Shown here: positions 45,639 through 55,432 of the stretch, in pieces
Numbering within the stretch: position 1 is the stretch's first letter
Layout: every line of letters starts with the position of its first letter
NCBI GenBank assembly: GCA_050294405.1
Contig: JBNKOC010000012.1
Location: 192,001-256,000 of the forward strand
Direction of reading: 5' to 3'
DNA length: 64,000 bases
Source: Fibrobacteria bacterium
GTDB taxonomy: Bacteria; Fibrobacterota; Fibrobacteria; UBA11236; JADFYW01
The notes under the pieces: model-generated
Seen by the model: the letters and a program-made list of their open reading frames with translations, nothing else
Database searches by the model: none
What the model was told of the DNA's origin: nothing
Program-made: the position numbers and the translations under genes

Positions 45639-47381
45639 TTACATGGATTCAATGGTTGGAATGCCAATAGACTCCAAAGCGTTTCCCAAAACTGTTTTAA
45701 TACAGTGTACCAGAAAGAGTCTTTCTCTTTCGGCATCGCTTCCCAAAACCCTGCAATTGTGAATAAACTTATGGGATTTATCCGCCAGGGACAACGCGTA
45801 TTGCCCCACTAAAAAGGGCTCTAATGCATCAACCGCAGCGAGAACTCGCTCAGGGAATTTAGATAAGGCGTTAATAATATCCTGCGTTTCAGGCTCTGTA
45901 AACAAATCGAAATTTAACTGGTTTATATCCCACTCTTTTTCAGAAAAGCCAGGGTCCTGTTCTGATTTTTTCCTCAATATGCTGCAAAGTCTAACATAAG
46001 CATTTAATACGTAAGGGCCAGTATCTCCTTCAAAACTGAGAACAGAGTCCCAATCAAATTTTACATCGTTAAGGCGCTTATTTTTAAGATCGTTAAACAC
46101 CAAGGCTCCCACAGCGATGTCCCTGGAAATCTTTTCTTTGTTTTCCAGTTCGGAATTTTTTTCCTCAACAATAGAGAGGATTTTTTGGCTGGCCTTGTTT
46201 AATACATCTTTTAAAAGAGAAGCTTGGCCTGCTCTGGTTTTGCCCTTTTCCCATTTTCCTTCTTCGTTTTTATTGAGGATTAATCCAAAGGGAATGTGTA
46301 CGCATTTGCTGTGCCAATCAAATCCCATTTTTTCCAATACCAAGAAAAGTTGCTTGAAATGAAGGGATTGGCCATTGTCTACCACATAGTAACATTTCTC
46401 AAAGTTGTACTCTTCCATCCGATAAATGGCTGCGCATAAATCCCGGGTGGCATAAACAGTGGAGCCATCGGATTTTTTTAACATTAGTGGCGGAAGCTCT
46501 TCCTGGGACAAATCCACAATTTGAGCGCCCTGGCTCTCGCTCCACAATCCCTTTGACTTTAAGTTTTCAATTAGTCCAGATGTATGGGGGATAAAAAAGG
46601 ATTCGCCTGTGTAATGATCAAATTCCACTCCCAGGATTTGGTATATTTTTTCCAGTTCCTTAATGGTGATTTTTTTGAAGTGTTGCCACATTCGTGTGTA
46701 AAGGGAGTCTCCCGATTCCAGTTTTTCAAATGCAGCTCTGGCTTCATCTTCCATTTGAGGGTTTTGCCCGGCTTCAATAGTAAATGATTTATACAGGTTA
46801 TTTAAATCGGAAATACTAAGGCTTTCCATGTAGGAATCATCCAGGGAAAGATTCTCTTTTAGGTACATGACAATGAGTTTTCCGTATGAGGTTCCCCAGT
46901 CGCCAAGGTGATTGATTCGCTCTAAGTGATATCCGCAAAGTTTGTGCAGGCGGCTTAAAGCATTTCCCAACATAGTTCCCCGGAGATGGTGGAAAGCCAA
47001 TTCTTTTCCGATATTTGGGGAGGAGTAGTCTATTACTATGGTTTTGTTTTTGCCTGTATTGTTGCTTCCGTATGTTTTTCCTTGCTGGTGGATTTTTTCC
47101 AACAGCTCTTTTTGAAAGCGAATTTTATCCAAACAAAAATTCAAATAGCCATTCACAGCTACAATTTTGGAAAAGCCTTGGGGAACTTCCAGTTTTTGCG
47201 CGAGTTCTTCGGCAATTAACTTGGGAGATTTTTTAAAAGTCTTGGCAAAGGGAAAGCAGGCTATGCTCAAATCCCCTTCCACATTTTTTGGGGCTTCTAA
47301 AATATTGGGAACCAGGGCTTCCCATTCCAGGTTTAAGGCGGGAGCTAAACATTGAGCTAAAGACTCTTTATAAGTATTCAT
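45639..47381 (-). CDS. argS: Arginine--tRNA ligase
   Basis: DYSSPNIGK, NHLGDWG, KSDGSTVYATRD, FEGDTGPY..YVR. Confidence 0.95.
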   Translation of the reverse strand: MNTYKESLAQCLAPALNLEWEALVPNILEAPKNVEGDLSIACFPFAKTFKKSPKLIAEELAQKLEVPQGFSKIVAVNGYLNFCLDKIRFQKELLEKIHQQGKTYGSNNTGKNKTIVIDYSSPNIGKELAFHHLRGTMLGNALSRLHKLCGYHLERINHLGDWGTSYGKLIVMYLKENLSLDDSYMESLSISDLNNLYKSFTIEAGQNPQMEDEARAAFEKLESGDSLYTRMWQHFKKITIKELEKIYQILGVEFDHYTGESFFIPHTSGLIENLKSKGLWSESQGAQIVDLSQEELPPLMLKKSDGSTVYATRDLCAAIYRMEEYNFEKCYYVVDNGQSLHFKQLFLVLEKMGFDWHSKCVHIPFGLILNKNEEGKWEKGKTRAGQASLLKDVLNKASQKILSIVEEKNSELENKEKISRDIAVGALVFNDLKNKRLNDVKFDWDSVLSFEGDTGPYVLNAYVRLCSILRKKSEQDPGFSEKEWDINQLNFDLFTEPETQDIINALSKFPERVLAAVDALEPFLVGQYALSLADKSHKFIHNCRVLGSDAERERLFLVHCIKTVLGNALESIGIPTIESM

Positions 47382-47811
47382 CTGCGCCCTCACCTGTAGC
47401 CAAATTGGATTCAGATTCTTTTAACTCAGAATCGCTAAGTCCGAAATCTTCGGCAGCGAGTTCGTATTGAGGGGAATCTCTCCATAGGCGTTCCAGGGAG
47501 TAATAGGCACGTGTACCTTCTTCAAATACATGGAGTACAAACTCCCCACAGTCCAGTATTCCCCACTTTACTCCAGGACTATATTCCGTTTTAATGTGAG
47601 GCAGCTTTTTTTCTTTTAGCAGGCGTCCCATTTTTCGGATTATGGATTGCATTTGCACCTCTGATTGGCAGGTACATACAATAATAAAGTCATCGGTTAT
47701 GGTGGGGATTTTGCGAATGTCAATTAAAACCAGGTCTTCTGCTTTAAGTGCGTAGAGTTCAGATATACTGGCATTGAGGATTTTATTTTTTTTAAGTGTT
47801 GCTGGTATCAT
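47368..47811 (-). CDS. rsfS: Ribosome silencing factor
   Basis: KAEDLVLID, WGILDCG..VLHVF...RAYYSLERLW. Confidence 0.92.
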   Translation of the reverse strand: MIPATLKKNKILNASISELYALKAEDLVLIDIRKIPTITDDFIIVCTCQSEVQMQSIIRKMGRLLKEKKLPHIKTEYSPGVKWGILDCGEFVLHVFEEGTRAYYSLERLWRDSPQYELAAEDFGLSDSELKESESNLATGEGADEYL

Positions 47812-48207
47812 TTATTTAATTCTCTTGTAATAATCCTTTCCCACGATGATGGTGGCATCTACCATTTGGGAAGAATCTATCATTTCAATAACATTATCCG
47901 TTTTTAATATTACCCCCAGATCCCTAGCCACTGCAAAACTGCTGGTTCGGGCAACTACTATAGTTTCCTTAAAATTCCAAAGGGGAGCGTTGCCAAACTC
48001 CACAATATCAAACCCGTGATCAATTAAGAAATTTCGAACTTCTTCTGCAGCTCCGGGAAAGCCACAGCCGTTAAGAACCTGAATTTGGCCAGTGTTCGGC
48101 TTGAACTCACTGGGCTCGGCCTTTTCCTGCTTACAGCCTATCACCCCGGTTGCCAGGGCCAGGAAAACCAATAAAAATGAATTTTGTAAATAATTCGAGA
48201 TTTTCAA
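47812..48207 (-). CDS. LytR C-terminal domain lipoprotein
   Basis: IQVLNGCGFPGAA, GNA, DATIIVGKDY; lipobox VIGC. Confidence 0.85.
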   Translation of the reverse strand: MKISNYLQNSFLLVFLALATGVIGCKQEKAEPSEFKPNTGQIQVLNGCGFPGAAEEVRNFLIDHGFDIVEFGNAPLWNFKETIVVARTSSFAVARDLGVILKTDNVIEMIDSSQMVDATIIVGKDYYKRIK

Positions 48208-48226
48208 GATCTAATGGAGGAATTCA

Positions 48227-48724
48227 TTAGCGTGAATAAGAAGACCAATGCCCGAAGGGCCCATAGGCTTTATAAGCATCCTGTAAATTGAAATAATGCA
48301 GGGAAATGGAGCTATTTTCGGTGGGCTTGTACTCTAAACTAATTCTTGGGAGAATAAAGGAGCCAAAATTTTCCATGTTATCGCCCCGATACATATTACT
48401 GTAAATTCCAGAAGAATAAAAAGGAGTGTGCAGGCCAATGTCCATAGATAAAGTCAATGGTTCGGCCAACTGGTAGCTCAGAGAGTTTAAATAGACCCCC
48501 GAGGAAGCCATTCCACCTCCGCCATAGGACATGCTTGTGCTGTAGCTTTGTTGCATGGAAAAGCGGGAGGGATGCAATAATCCGTAGGAATGGGTTTGAG
48601 CTGAATAGGGATTATTTTCCATAACCTCTCTGGAAAATGGTTCTTTTTTAACCACAAGGGTATTGGGCTGCTCGGCGTTAGCGGCTAAAGATAAGAATAT
48701 TAATACCAAGGCAAATTTAAGCAT
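48227..48724 (-). CDS. Secreted hypothetical protein (beta-rich)
   Basis: Signal peptide; RFSMQQSYS...LEYKPTENS; sits in the operon. Confidence 0.7.
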   Translation of the reverse strand: MLKFALVLIFLSLAANAEQPNTLVVKKEPFSREVMENNPYSAQTHSYGLLHPSRFSMQQSYSTSMSYGGGGMASSGVYLNSLSYQLAEPLTLSMDIGLHTPFYSSGIYSNMYRGDNMENFGSFILPRISLEYKPTENSSISLHYFNLQDAYKAYGPFGHWSSYSR

Positions 48725-48756
48725 ATTTCAACCTGCTACCTATAATATAACATATA

Positions 48757-49113
48757 TTATTTAGCCGGGAGAGCCCGATTTTTTCCGTCTAATTTAAGTA
48801 TTTGAGGTTTATGAGTTTTTGCTTCATCGTTATTTAATTCGCAGAAGCTCATAATTATTACAATATCGCCTGGCACAGCCAAACGGGCGGCAGGCCCGTT
48901 AAGACAAATGGTGCCCGTGTTGGGTTCGCCTTCAATAATATAAGTTTCAAAGCGAGCGCCATTGTTGACGTTCACTACCAATACCTTTTCGTAGACCGCC
49001 ATGTCTGCCTGCTCAAGAAGGCTGGGGTCGATGGTGATAGACCCCTCATATTCAAGATTAGCTTCAGTTACAGTGGCGCGGTGGATTTTTGATCTAAGGA
49101 ATATTCTTTGCAT
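48757..49113 (-). CDS. panD: Aspartate 1-decarboxylase
   Basis: [33 protein letters not shown]. Confidence 0.97.
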   Translation of the reverse strand: MQRIFLRSKIHRATVTEANLEYEGSITIDPSLLEQADMAVYEKVLVVNVNNGARFETYIIEGEPNTGTICLNGPAARLAVPGDIVIIMSFCELNNDEAKTHKPQILKLDGKNRALPAK

Positions 49114-49115
49114 TT

Positions 49116-49760
49116 TTAAAAATCAAGAGAGAATAAGGCCGAGGGCTCCAAGTTGGGAGAAAGGTTAAATGAAAATCTGGCAGCACCCTGGTTGTCGTGA
49201 TAACGGGTTCCCAGATACGCGTCTACTGCGCTGGTTCCCATACAAAGCAATACAATGATGGGGTAAATGGGATATATGGAATATTCGGGATCGGCCTCTG
49301 TACTGGATTGGGTCTCTTCCTGATGGAGGAAGGTCAATAAAAGGCTGGTGGCGGCAATTCCAGATAAAGCTCCGCCAAATTTATACCTATCTGTTTTAAA
49401 TTGATAAAACCCAGGTAAAACAAAAGACACAATGGGCATGTAGTTAAATTTGCTTTGGGTGTAGACTCTTCTATCCATATCGTCGTCTTCCATACCGGCT
49501 TTTTTGGAGTTTAGCCATTCGGTTTTGGAAACGCCTAACTTTTTCCAGGGTTCACTGTAATATTCAGAAGGCATAATTCCGTATTCCAACAACATTTCCA
49601 GTTCTTTTCTGGACATGCCCCTTTCTTTTACCAGCTCGAACTCTGTATTGGATATGCCTGCTTCTTTATAGTCAAAGCCGTACCATTCATCATCTTCCTG
49701 AGCAAAAACACTGAGCTGCAAAACAAAAAGGAATGTCAAACTATACAGAATTTTCTTCAT
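49116..49760 (-). CDS. Hypothetical exported membrane protein
   Basis: Signal peptide, short G-[IMV]-[SM]-x-x-E repeats, SFVLPG plus TM segments. Confidence 0.7.
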   Translation of the reverse strand: MKKILYSLTFLFVLQLSVFAQEDDEWYGFDYKEAGISNTEFELVKERGMSRKELEMLLEYGIMPSEYYSEPWKKLGVSKTEWLNSKKAGMEDDDMDRRVYTQSKFNYMPIVSFVLPGFYQFKTDRYKFGGALSGIAATSLLLTFLHQEETQSSTEADPEYSIYPIYPIIVLLCMGTSAVDAYLGTRYHDNQGAARFSFNLSPNLEPSALFSLDF

Positions 49761-49874
49761 ATTCTTAATCTCCCGGCAGGGTGGTTGAATCTTTTTTTTT
49801 AAGATAGTAAAAAACCTGAATTTAGCTGTGGGCTTCCCTCAAAATTGCACACTTAAAGAGAAGAAAAAGAAAAA

Positions 49875-49958
49875 TGCCGAGGGGGGGACTCGAACCCCCA
49901 CAGGGTCGCCCCTACTGGATTTTGAGTCCAGCGCGTCTACCAGTTTCACCACCTCGGC
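49875..49958 (-). tRNA. tRNA-Leu(CAA)
   Basis: GCCGAGG acceptor stem, anticodon arm CTGGA-CTCAAAA-TCCAG, long variable arm, GTTCGAGTC T-loop; CCA not encoded. Confidence 0.96.
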
Positions 49959-49982
49959 GATTTTTGTGGCGAAAAATATAAT

Positions 49983-51032
49983 TCAATTTGGCAAAATCAC
50001 GTAATAAGAAAGGCCCTGAAGCGTTAATTTTTTTTCTCCGTATTCTTCGGCCTCACCGCGGTTTGGAAATCCCGGGACTCGTACCAGAAACATAGATTTC
50101 CCGTTGCGCATTTCAGAAAGTACAATGGCATCCACGCCTTTTTCTTTAAGCTGCTTTTTAAAAGCTAGTGCATTTTCCTGATTGGAGTAAGCTCCCAGTT
50201 GCAAGGCCACTTTGGGATCTTCTTTTGTGATTTTTACAGGAGGGCTTATTTCTACTTCTGTTTTTTGGGGACTTGCTTGTAGCTTTGGGGCAGTGGCAAT
50301 TATGGATTCCACGTCAATATCCAATAGGGATGTTTCCAGACAATGTGGACATTGGTAGGCCAGACTTTTTGCGAAAGCAATGGATTTGCTGTTGTCGGAG
50401 TCTTCTTGATTGTGAAAATATCCCAGCCAACCCAAGACGCCCCGGGTTTCGTGAGTTTGGTTTTCTCTGGCCATTTCCAGAATAGCCCCGGAGGCTTCCT
50501 TTTCACCTTTAAGCCATCTCAACTGGGAAATCCCTGCGATGGAAAGGGAGTATATCGGGTTTGTTTCGGGAATCATTTTTGAAGCGCTGCGAAAATGAAA
50601 TTCCGCGGAGTCTAAATAACTTTCCTTTTTCTTTCCGTATAGAGAGCATGTTAAGCCCATCCAGTAATGTGCTTTAGGGGCGAGCTTTCCTTCAAGGTTT
50701 TGTACTATACATTTTCGAAAATAATAGATGGACATGCCCAATTCCTCTTTGAGGTAATAGTAATGGGCTAATTGAAAGTAGGCGTCTTCCTTGGTAGAGT
50801 CGTTGACTCCGTGTTTATCCAGCCAACGGTAATTTTTAAATAAAAGGGAGGCATCCATTTCAAGTTTGCCTTCCAGGTATTTGGTAATGCTCTCTTCGGG
50901 ATAGCTGGTTTTAAATTTGGAAAAAACTTTGCGGGCCGAATCCAGTTTTCCCTGGGCGATGTATTGATTGACCTGGCTCACGGAGCCATACCCGAAGCTG
51001 GCCATTAAAACCAAAAGGCATATAAAAGACAT
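49983..51032 (-). CDS. TPR plus SPOR domain exported protein
   Basis: Signal peptide; TPR-like helices; LQLGAYSNQENA...VRV..F SPOR domain. Confidence 0.82.
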   Translation of the reverse strand: MSFICLLVLMASFGYGSVSQVNQYIAQGKLDSARKVFSKFKTSYPEESITKYLEGKLEMDASLLFKNYRWLDKHGVNDSTKEDAYFQLAHYYYLKEELGMSIYYFRKCIVQNLEGKLAPKAHYWMGLTCSLYGKKKESYLDSAEFHFRSASKMIPETNPIYSLSIAGISQLRWLKGEKEASGAILEMARENQTHETRGVLGWLGYFHNQEDSDNSKSIAFAKSLAYQCPHCLETSLLDIDVESIIATAPKLQASPQKTEVEISPPVKITKEDPKVALQLGAYSNQENALAFKKQLKEKGVDAIVLSEMRNGKSMFLVRVPGFPNRGEAEEYGEKKLTLQGLSYYVILPN

Positions 51033-51037
51033 TTTTT

Positions 51038-52132
51038 TTATAATTCAAAACTATCCCAATGGCCACAGTCAGGGCAATGCCATTCGGGTTCCTTGGAAAT
51101 TCTTCCGCATGATTGACAGGAATAGGTGAATATATCGGGCAGCTGAGCCAGGGCAGATTTTAACTCGGGATAAGGCTGGTTTCCCGACTGGTTTTCCAGA
51201 GAAAAACGCAACAGCTCTCTTAAAGTTTCCTGTTTGGAAAGCTTATGGGACTCTATGCTTTTTAATGTGTCCAAAGCCTCTTCTTTTTCGCCTAATTTTA
51301 AATATTGCTTGAACAACCCCAATTTAGCCACAGTTTGGTGGGAGCCGCTCTGGCGCACCAGTTTTTGATATATGCCTAACAACTCATGATAGCGATTTAT
51401 TTCGTATAGGTACTGTTCTATTTCTGGTAAAATCCAGGGGCTTTTTTCAGGAGCGTTATCTAAGAGTTGTGCCCAGCATTCTAAAACCTTTTCGGGCTTT
51501 TGTTCTTCGCGATATAATCTGGCCAACAACATATAGGCCGGAGCGCATTTTTGATGGAGTTTAATGGCCTTTTGCAAAACTTTTTTCTTTTCTTTTCCGG
51601 GCATGTTGGGATCTGAGCGCACCAGTTCCACCTGATAGAGCGCCAGTTTGGCATCGGTACTTTCTCCACTGAGCTGGCAGTAAATTTTCCAATTTTTTTC
51701 GGCTGCGCTGTAGTTGCCCTGCATTTCCAGCAAATGGGTCAGCTGGTGGCGAGCTTCCAAATCTTCGGGGTACCTATCTACCCTTTGTTCGGCCAACATT
51801 TGGGCGCTGGAAAATTTTTTTGTGTCACAATAGGCTTTAATCAGGGCCCGCTCTGTTTTTTCCTTTAGGCTTTTTTCAAGATGTTCTCTTAAGAGTAAAT
51901 CCCGAAAAATTTTTTGAGCTCTGAGGCTGTCTTTTTTGTCGGAAAATAAAATACCCAGATGGTAATAGGCGCCGGTTAAATTGGAATCCAATTCCACGGC
52001 CCGGGAAAGTTGCTTAATGGCTATTTCTTTTTGGTTTTCAATAATGGAGCTTAAACCCTCGATGTATAGCTCCATTCCAGATTCGCTTTCGGCATTTTGC
52101 CTGGGTTTGCTTCGGGTTAGTAAACTAGCCAT
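51038..52132 (-). CDS. lapB: LapB/YciM-like TPR-rubredoxin protein
   Basis: YIEGL...AI..L, TPRs, C-terminal CQSCG...WHCPDCGHW; follows lapA. Confidence 0.75.
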   Translation of the reverse strand: MASLLTRSKPRQNAESESGMELYIEGLSSIIENQKEIAIKQLSRAVELDSNLTGAYYHLGILFSDKKDSLRAQKIFRDLLLREHLEKSLKEKTERALIKAYCDTKKFSSAQMLAEQRVDRYPEDLEARHQLTHLLEMQGNYSAAEKNWKIYCQLSGESTDAKLALYQVELVRSDPNMPGKEKKKVLQKAIKLHQKCAPAYMLLARLYREEQKPEKVLECWAQLLDNAPEKSPWILPEIEQYLYEINRYHELLGIYQKLVRQSGSHQTVAKLGLFKQYLKLGEKEEALDTLKSIESHKLSKQETLRELLRFSLENQSGNQPYPELKSALAQLPDIFTYSCQSCGRISKEPEWHCPDCGHWDSFEL

Positions 52133-52134
52133 AA

Positions 52135-52476
52135 TTACTTATTGGGTTCGGGAGGCGCAATGGCGCTCTCGTCGGAAGTAAACTCGTCTTTAATGCTCAG
52201 GTTGCGGTACTTATTTAGCTCGGATGTGAGCTCTTTAATTTCCTTATCGCGCTGGCGGATGGTTTTTTTTAAATTTCTTTTTGCGCCCAATGTATAGGAG
52301 TACCAAAAAAACCAACCCATTCCAAAACTGCCCATAAGCCAAATCCAAAGGGGAAGTTCCTGGGAGCCTACCAGACGAAATTCAATAGATTGAACCAGAG
52401 GCGCCCAATTTTGCAGCACAAAAGCACCTAAAATAGCAAGAACTGCCCCCAGTATTATTTTTGTCATGGTTTTCAT
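52135..52476 (-). CDS. lapA: LapA family membrane protein
   Basis: FVLQN, two TM, coiled coil ELNKYRNL. Confidence 0.72.
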   Translation of the reverse strand: MKTMTKIILGAVLAILGAFVLQNWAPLVQSIEFRLVGSQELPLWIWLMGSFGMGWFFWYSYTLGAKRNLKKTIRQRDKEIKELTSELNKYRNLSIKDEFTSDESAIAPPEPNK

Positions 52477-52505
52477 ATACCATCAATATATTATATATGC
52501 GGCTA

Positions 52506-53879
52506 TTAGGAAATAACTTTCCCGGCAAGTGTCATGCCCCTTCTCTCGGTAATTTTCACCTGCACAAAATGTCCTGGAAAAAAGCCTTCTTCATGAGGCA
52601 CTAAAACTTTTTTGAAACTGCCTGTTTTGCCTATCCACTCGCTTTTGTTCCTATGAGACGGGCCTTCCAGCAATATTTCTTCTTCTTTTCCCAGCATATT
52701 GTCCAGGTTTTCGATGGTAATTTGGTTTTGAATGTCGATTAATCCGGATAAGCGCTGGCTTTTTTCTTCTTGACTGAGGGTTTCCGGTTCTGCAAAAGCT
52801 TCTGTTCCTTCTCTGGGAGAATAGGAAAACATAAAAGCGTGATCAAAGCGAATTTCTTTTACAAGACTCAATGTATCTTGATAATCCTGCTCGCTCTCAC
52901 CCACAAAGCCTGTAATAATATCAGTGGTAAGGCCAATGCCGGGGATTTTTTCCCGGAGTTGCTGGATAATATTTAAAAATTCTGCTCTGTCGTATTGGCG
53001 GCGCATTTTTGCCAGCATCTTATCGCTGCCCGATTGCAGTGGCATATGTACATGGGGGCATATGTTGGGATATTTGGCCATCACATCAATAACATCCGGG
53101 GTAAAGTGCCTGGGGTGGGGCGAAGTAAAGCGAATTCTTTTTAAACCTTCTATTTGGCTTAATCTCTCTAATAAATTGGCAAATGTAACCAGCCCTTTAT
53201 CGGTTTTCCTGCGGTAAGAATTAACCGTTTGGCCCAGTAATGTGACTTCGGGGATACCCTCCAAAACAGCTCTGCGCACTTCTTCTTCCACTTCATCAGG
53301 GTCTCTGCTGCGTTCCTTGCCCCTTACAAATGGCACTATGCAATAGGAGCAATGTTTGTTACAACCGCGCATAATAGATACAAAAGCCGAAACTTTGGAG
53401 TCGAGCTTGGCTAACATGCCTTCGTAATTTTCAAAGCCGTTTATTTCGGTAAGAATTTTGGCTTTGTTTCCCTTGGAAGATTCAAATAGCTGGTTTTCCA
53501 ATTCTTTGTAATTGTCGGGGCCCACCACGAAATCCACATGAGACAGGCTCACGGGGATTTTTTCTCCGTGGTTTTGCGCCATACATCCAATCACGGCGAT
53601 TTTCAGCTCGGGATTTTTCTTTTTAAAATGGCGCATGCTGCTGATGCGGGCATAGGCTTTATCCTCGGCACCGCCTCGAATGGCACATGTATTCACCACA
53701 ATTAAATCCGCCTGGTTGGCCTCTTCGGTTTGCACCATCCCGCGCTTTTCCAGCATTTGGGCAATCATATTGGAGTCATATACATTCATCTGACAGCCGT
53801 AAGTAGCCAGGTAATAGGATTCCATTTTGCTTTCAGCCAGGGGCTGTTTTAATTCAGTTGTCGGTATATTCATTGTCAT
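52506..53879 (-). CDS. miaB: tRNA-2-methylthio-N6-dimethylallyladenosine synthase
   Basis: TYGCQMN, NTCAIR, GCMAQ, CNKHCSYC, TRAM domain. Confidence 0.95.
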   Translation of the reverse strand: MTMNIPTTELKQPLAESKMESYYLATYGCQMNVYDSNMIAQMLEKRGMVQTEEANQADLIVVNTCAIRGGAEDKAYARISSMRHFKKKNPELKIAVIGCMAQNHGEKIPVSLSHVDFVVGPDNYKELENQLFESSKGNKAKILTEINGFENYEGMLAKLDSKVSAFVSIMRGCNKHCSYCIVPFVRGKERSRDPDEVEEEVRRAVLEGIPEVTLLGQTVNSYRRKTDKGLVTFANLLERLSQIEGLKRIRFTSPHPRHFTPDVIDVMAKYPNICPHVHMPLQSGSDKMLAKMRRQYDRAEFLNIIQQLREKIPGIGLTTDIITGFVGESEQDYQDTLSLVKEIRFDHAFMFSYSPREGTEAFAEPETLSQEEKSQRLSGLIDIQNQITIENLDNMLGKEEEILLEGPSHRNKSEWIGKTGSFKKVLVPHEEGFFPGHFVQVKITERRGMTLAGKVIS

Positions 53880-53885
53880 GGTATT

Positions 53886-54551
53886 TCACGCCGGGACCGC
53901 CAGTTTTTTTATCAGCCATAAGCCATCCCTTGCGTGTGGTAAAATATAATCTGGATTTTCCTTTCTTAAAGTAAGCCCCCGGGAGAAGCCCGTTGCAATA
54001 GCCAAAGATTTACAGCCGGCATTTTTAGCCGCCTGCACGTCGGGGGCACTGTCTCCAATCATTAGGCAATTTTCTGCCTTAACTTTAAAATGACTAAATA
54101 TCTTTTGAATGCCCGAAGGATGGGGTTTTTTTTGGAAGACGGTGTCTCCGCACAAAACCAAAGAAAAATAGGAATCGATTTTTAATTTTTTTAGAATTTT
54201 GAGAGAATAAGCTTCACTTTTATTTGTTAAAACAGCCAAATTCAGATGTTTAAAGGCTTCTAACATTCCCTGGATACCGGGGTACAAGTGGGTTTTTTCA
54301 CAGCAATTTTCAAGATAACAGGCCTTGAAGCTTTCCATCAGTTCCTTTGATTTTACTGAGTCCAGGCTAAAATTTTCTGGTAAACAGCGCTTTAAAAGCA
54401 TTTCTAGCCCCAAACCCACCCGATTGACAACTTCTAGCTGGCTGCGAACTGGAAAGCCTTCTCTTTTTAAGGCATAATTCACACAATAGGTTAAATCTTC
54501 TTTGGTATTGGCAAGAGTGCCGTCTAAATCAAAAATCAAAGTATTTATCAC
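53886..54551 (-). CDS. HAD-family phosphatase (phosphoglycolate phosphatase-like)
   Basis: FDLDGTL, LTNK, KPHP, IGDS..D. Confidence 0.88.
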   Translation of the reverse strand: MINTLIFDLDGTLANTKEDLTYCVNYALKREGFPVRSQLEVVNRVGLGLEMLLKRCLPENFSLDSVKSKELMESFKACYLENCCEKTHLYPGIQGMLEAFKHLNLAVLTNKSEAYSLKILKKLKIDSYFSLVLCGDTVFQKKPHPSGIQKIFSHFKVKAENCLMIGDSAPDVQAAKNAGCKSLAIATGFSRGLTLRKENPDYILPHARDGLWLIKKLAVPA

Positions 54552-54630
54552 AAAGAGAATTTAATTAATGTGCCCCTTTTTGTTGCGGAGCAAAAATTTA
54601 GATTAATCGCCAGGTAGGGATGGGCCATAT

Positions 54631-55362
54631 ATGAGGGTAATAGCTGCAATACACGATGTTCACGCCTGCAATTATGAGCAGGTGGAATTTTTTCTCAATA
54701 TGTTTAGCCCGGATTTGCGTAAAAAATTCGCCCTGATGGTGGTTCCAAATTACAAAAGCCACGCCATGCTTTGCCAAACCCCTCCTTTTAGAGCCTGGTT
54801 GCAGGAAAAAGTGGAGCAGGGCAATGAAATTTTCGCCCATGGTTTGTACCACATGGCTCCGGAAATTGCTGTGAAATCAGTGGAAAGTATTCCCATTCAA
54901 TACAGCCGGAATATGTGGGGAAAAATGGTGAATCGCTTTTTGGTGGATGGGGAAGCTGAGTTTTGCGGCCTAAAGGAAAAGCAAAAAATGGAAGTGGCTA
55001 AAGCCTCCATGAGCGCATTTGCAGAATGGAATATTCCGGTTTCGGGTATTGTGGTTCCTACCTGGTATGGCAGTTTAAAAGAAAAAACCCTAAATCAGTT
55101 AAGGGTCCAATGGGCGGAGTCTCGTTTTAAAATTTATAATTTAGCCCAAAAAACCCATAAATGGATTCTTCCCTTTTCTTTTACCCCTGATCTGTGTCCG
55201 GGAAGCTTTAAGGAAAAACTTCACAATTCCGCATTAAAAGTATATGGAAACCTGTTGCCTATATTTCGCCTGGCCTTGCACCCGCCGGATTTTGAAAACC
55301 CCTTGCTTCCTGTAATTTTAGCGGAAGCCATTTTTTTGAGTTATCGCGAAATTTGGCAATAA
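54631..55362 (+). CDS. DUF2334 / polysaccharide deacetylase-like protein
   Basis: IHDV, HGLYH, EAEF, RLALHP.D. Confidence 0.72.
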   Translation: MRVIAAIHDVHACNYEQVEFFLNMFSPDLRKKFALMVVPNYKSHAMLCQTPPFRAWLQEKVEQGNEIFAHGLYHMAPEIAVKSVESIPIQYSRNMWGKMVNRFLVDGEAEFCGLKEKQKMEVAKASMSAFAEWNIPVSGIVVPTWYGSLKEKTLNQLRVQWAESRFKIYNLAQKTHKWILPFSFTPDLCPGSFKEKLHNSALKVYGNLLPIFRLALHPPDFENPLLPVILAEAIFLSYREIWQ

Positions 55363-55432
55363 TTTGCCTTCGAGGTGCAATTTTTCGCGAAAGATATATT
55401 TTTTAGCCTGTAACAATATTTCAAAGGCTAAA

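Noticed and set aside
49875..49958. tRNA-Leu as an island integration site
   Set aside because: No integrase and no duplicated tRNA 3' end seen in the window; flanks are housekeeping genes
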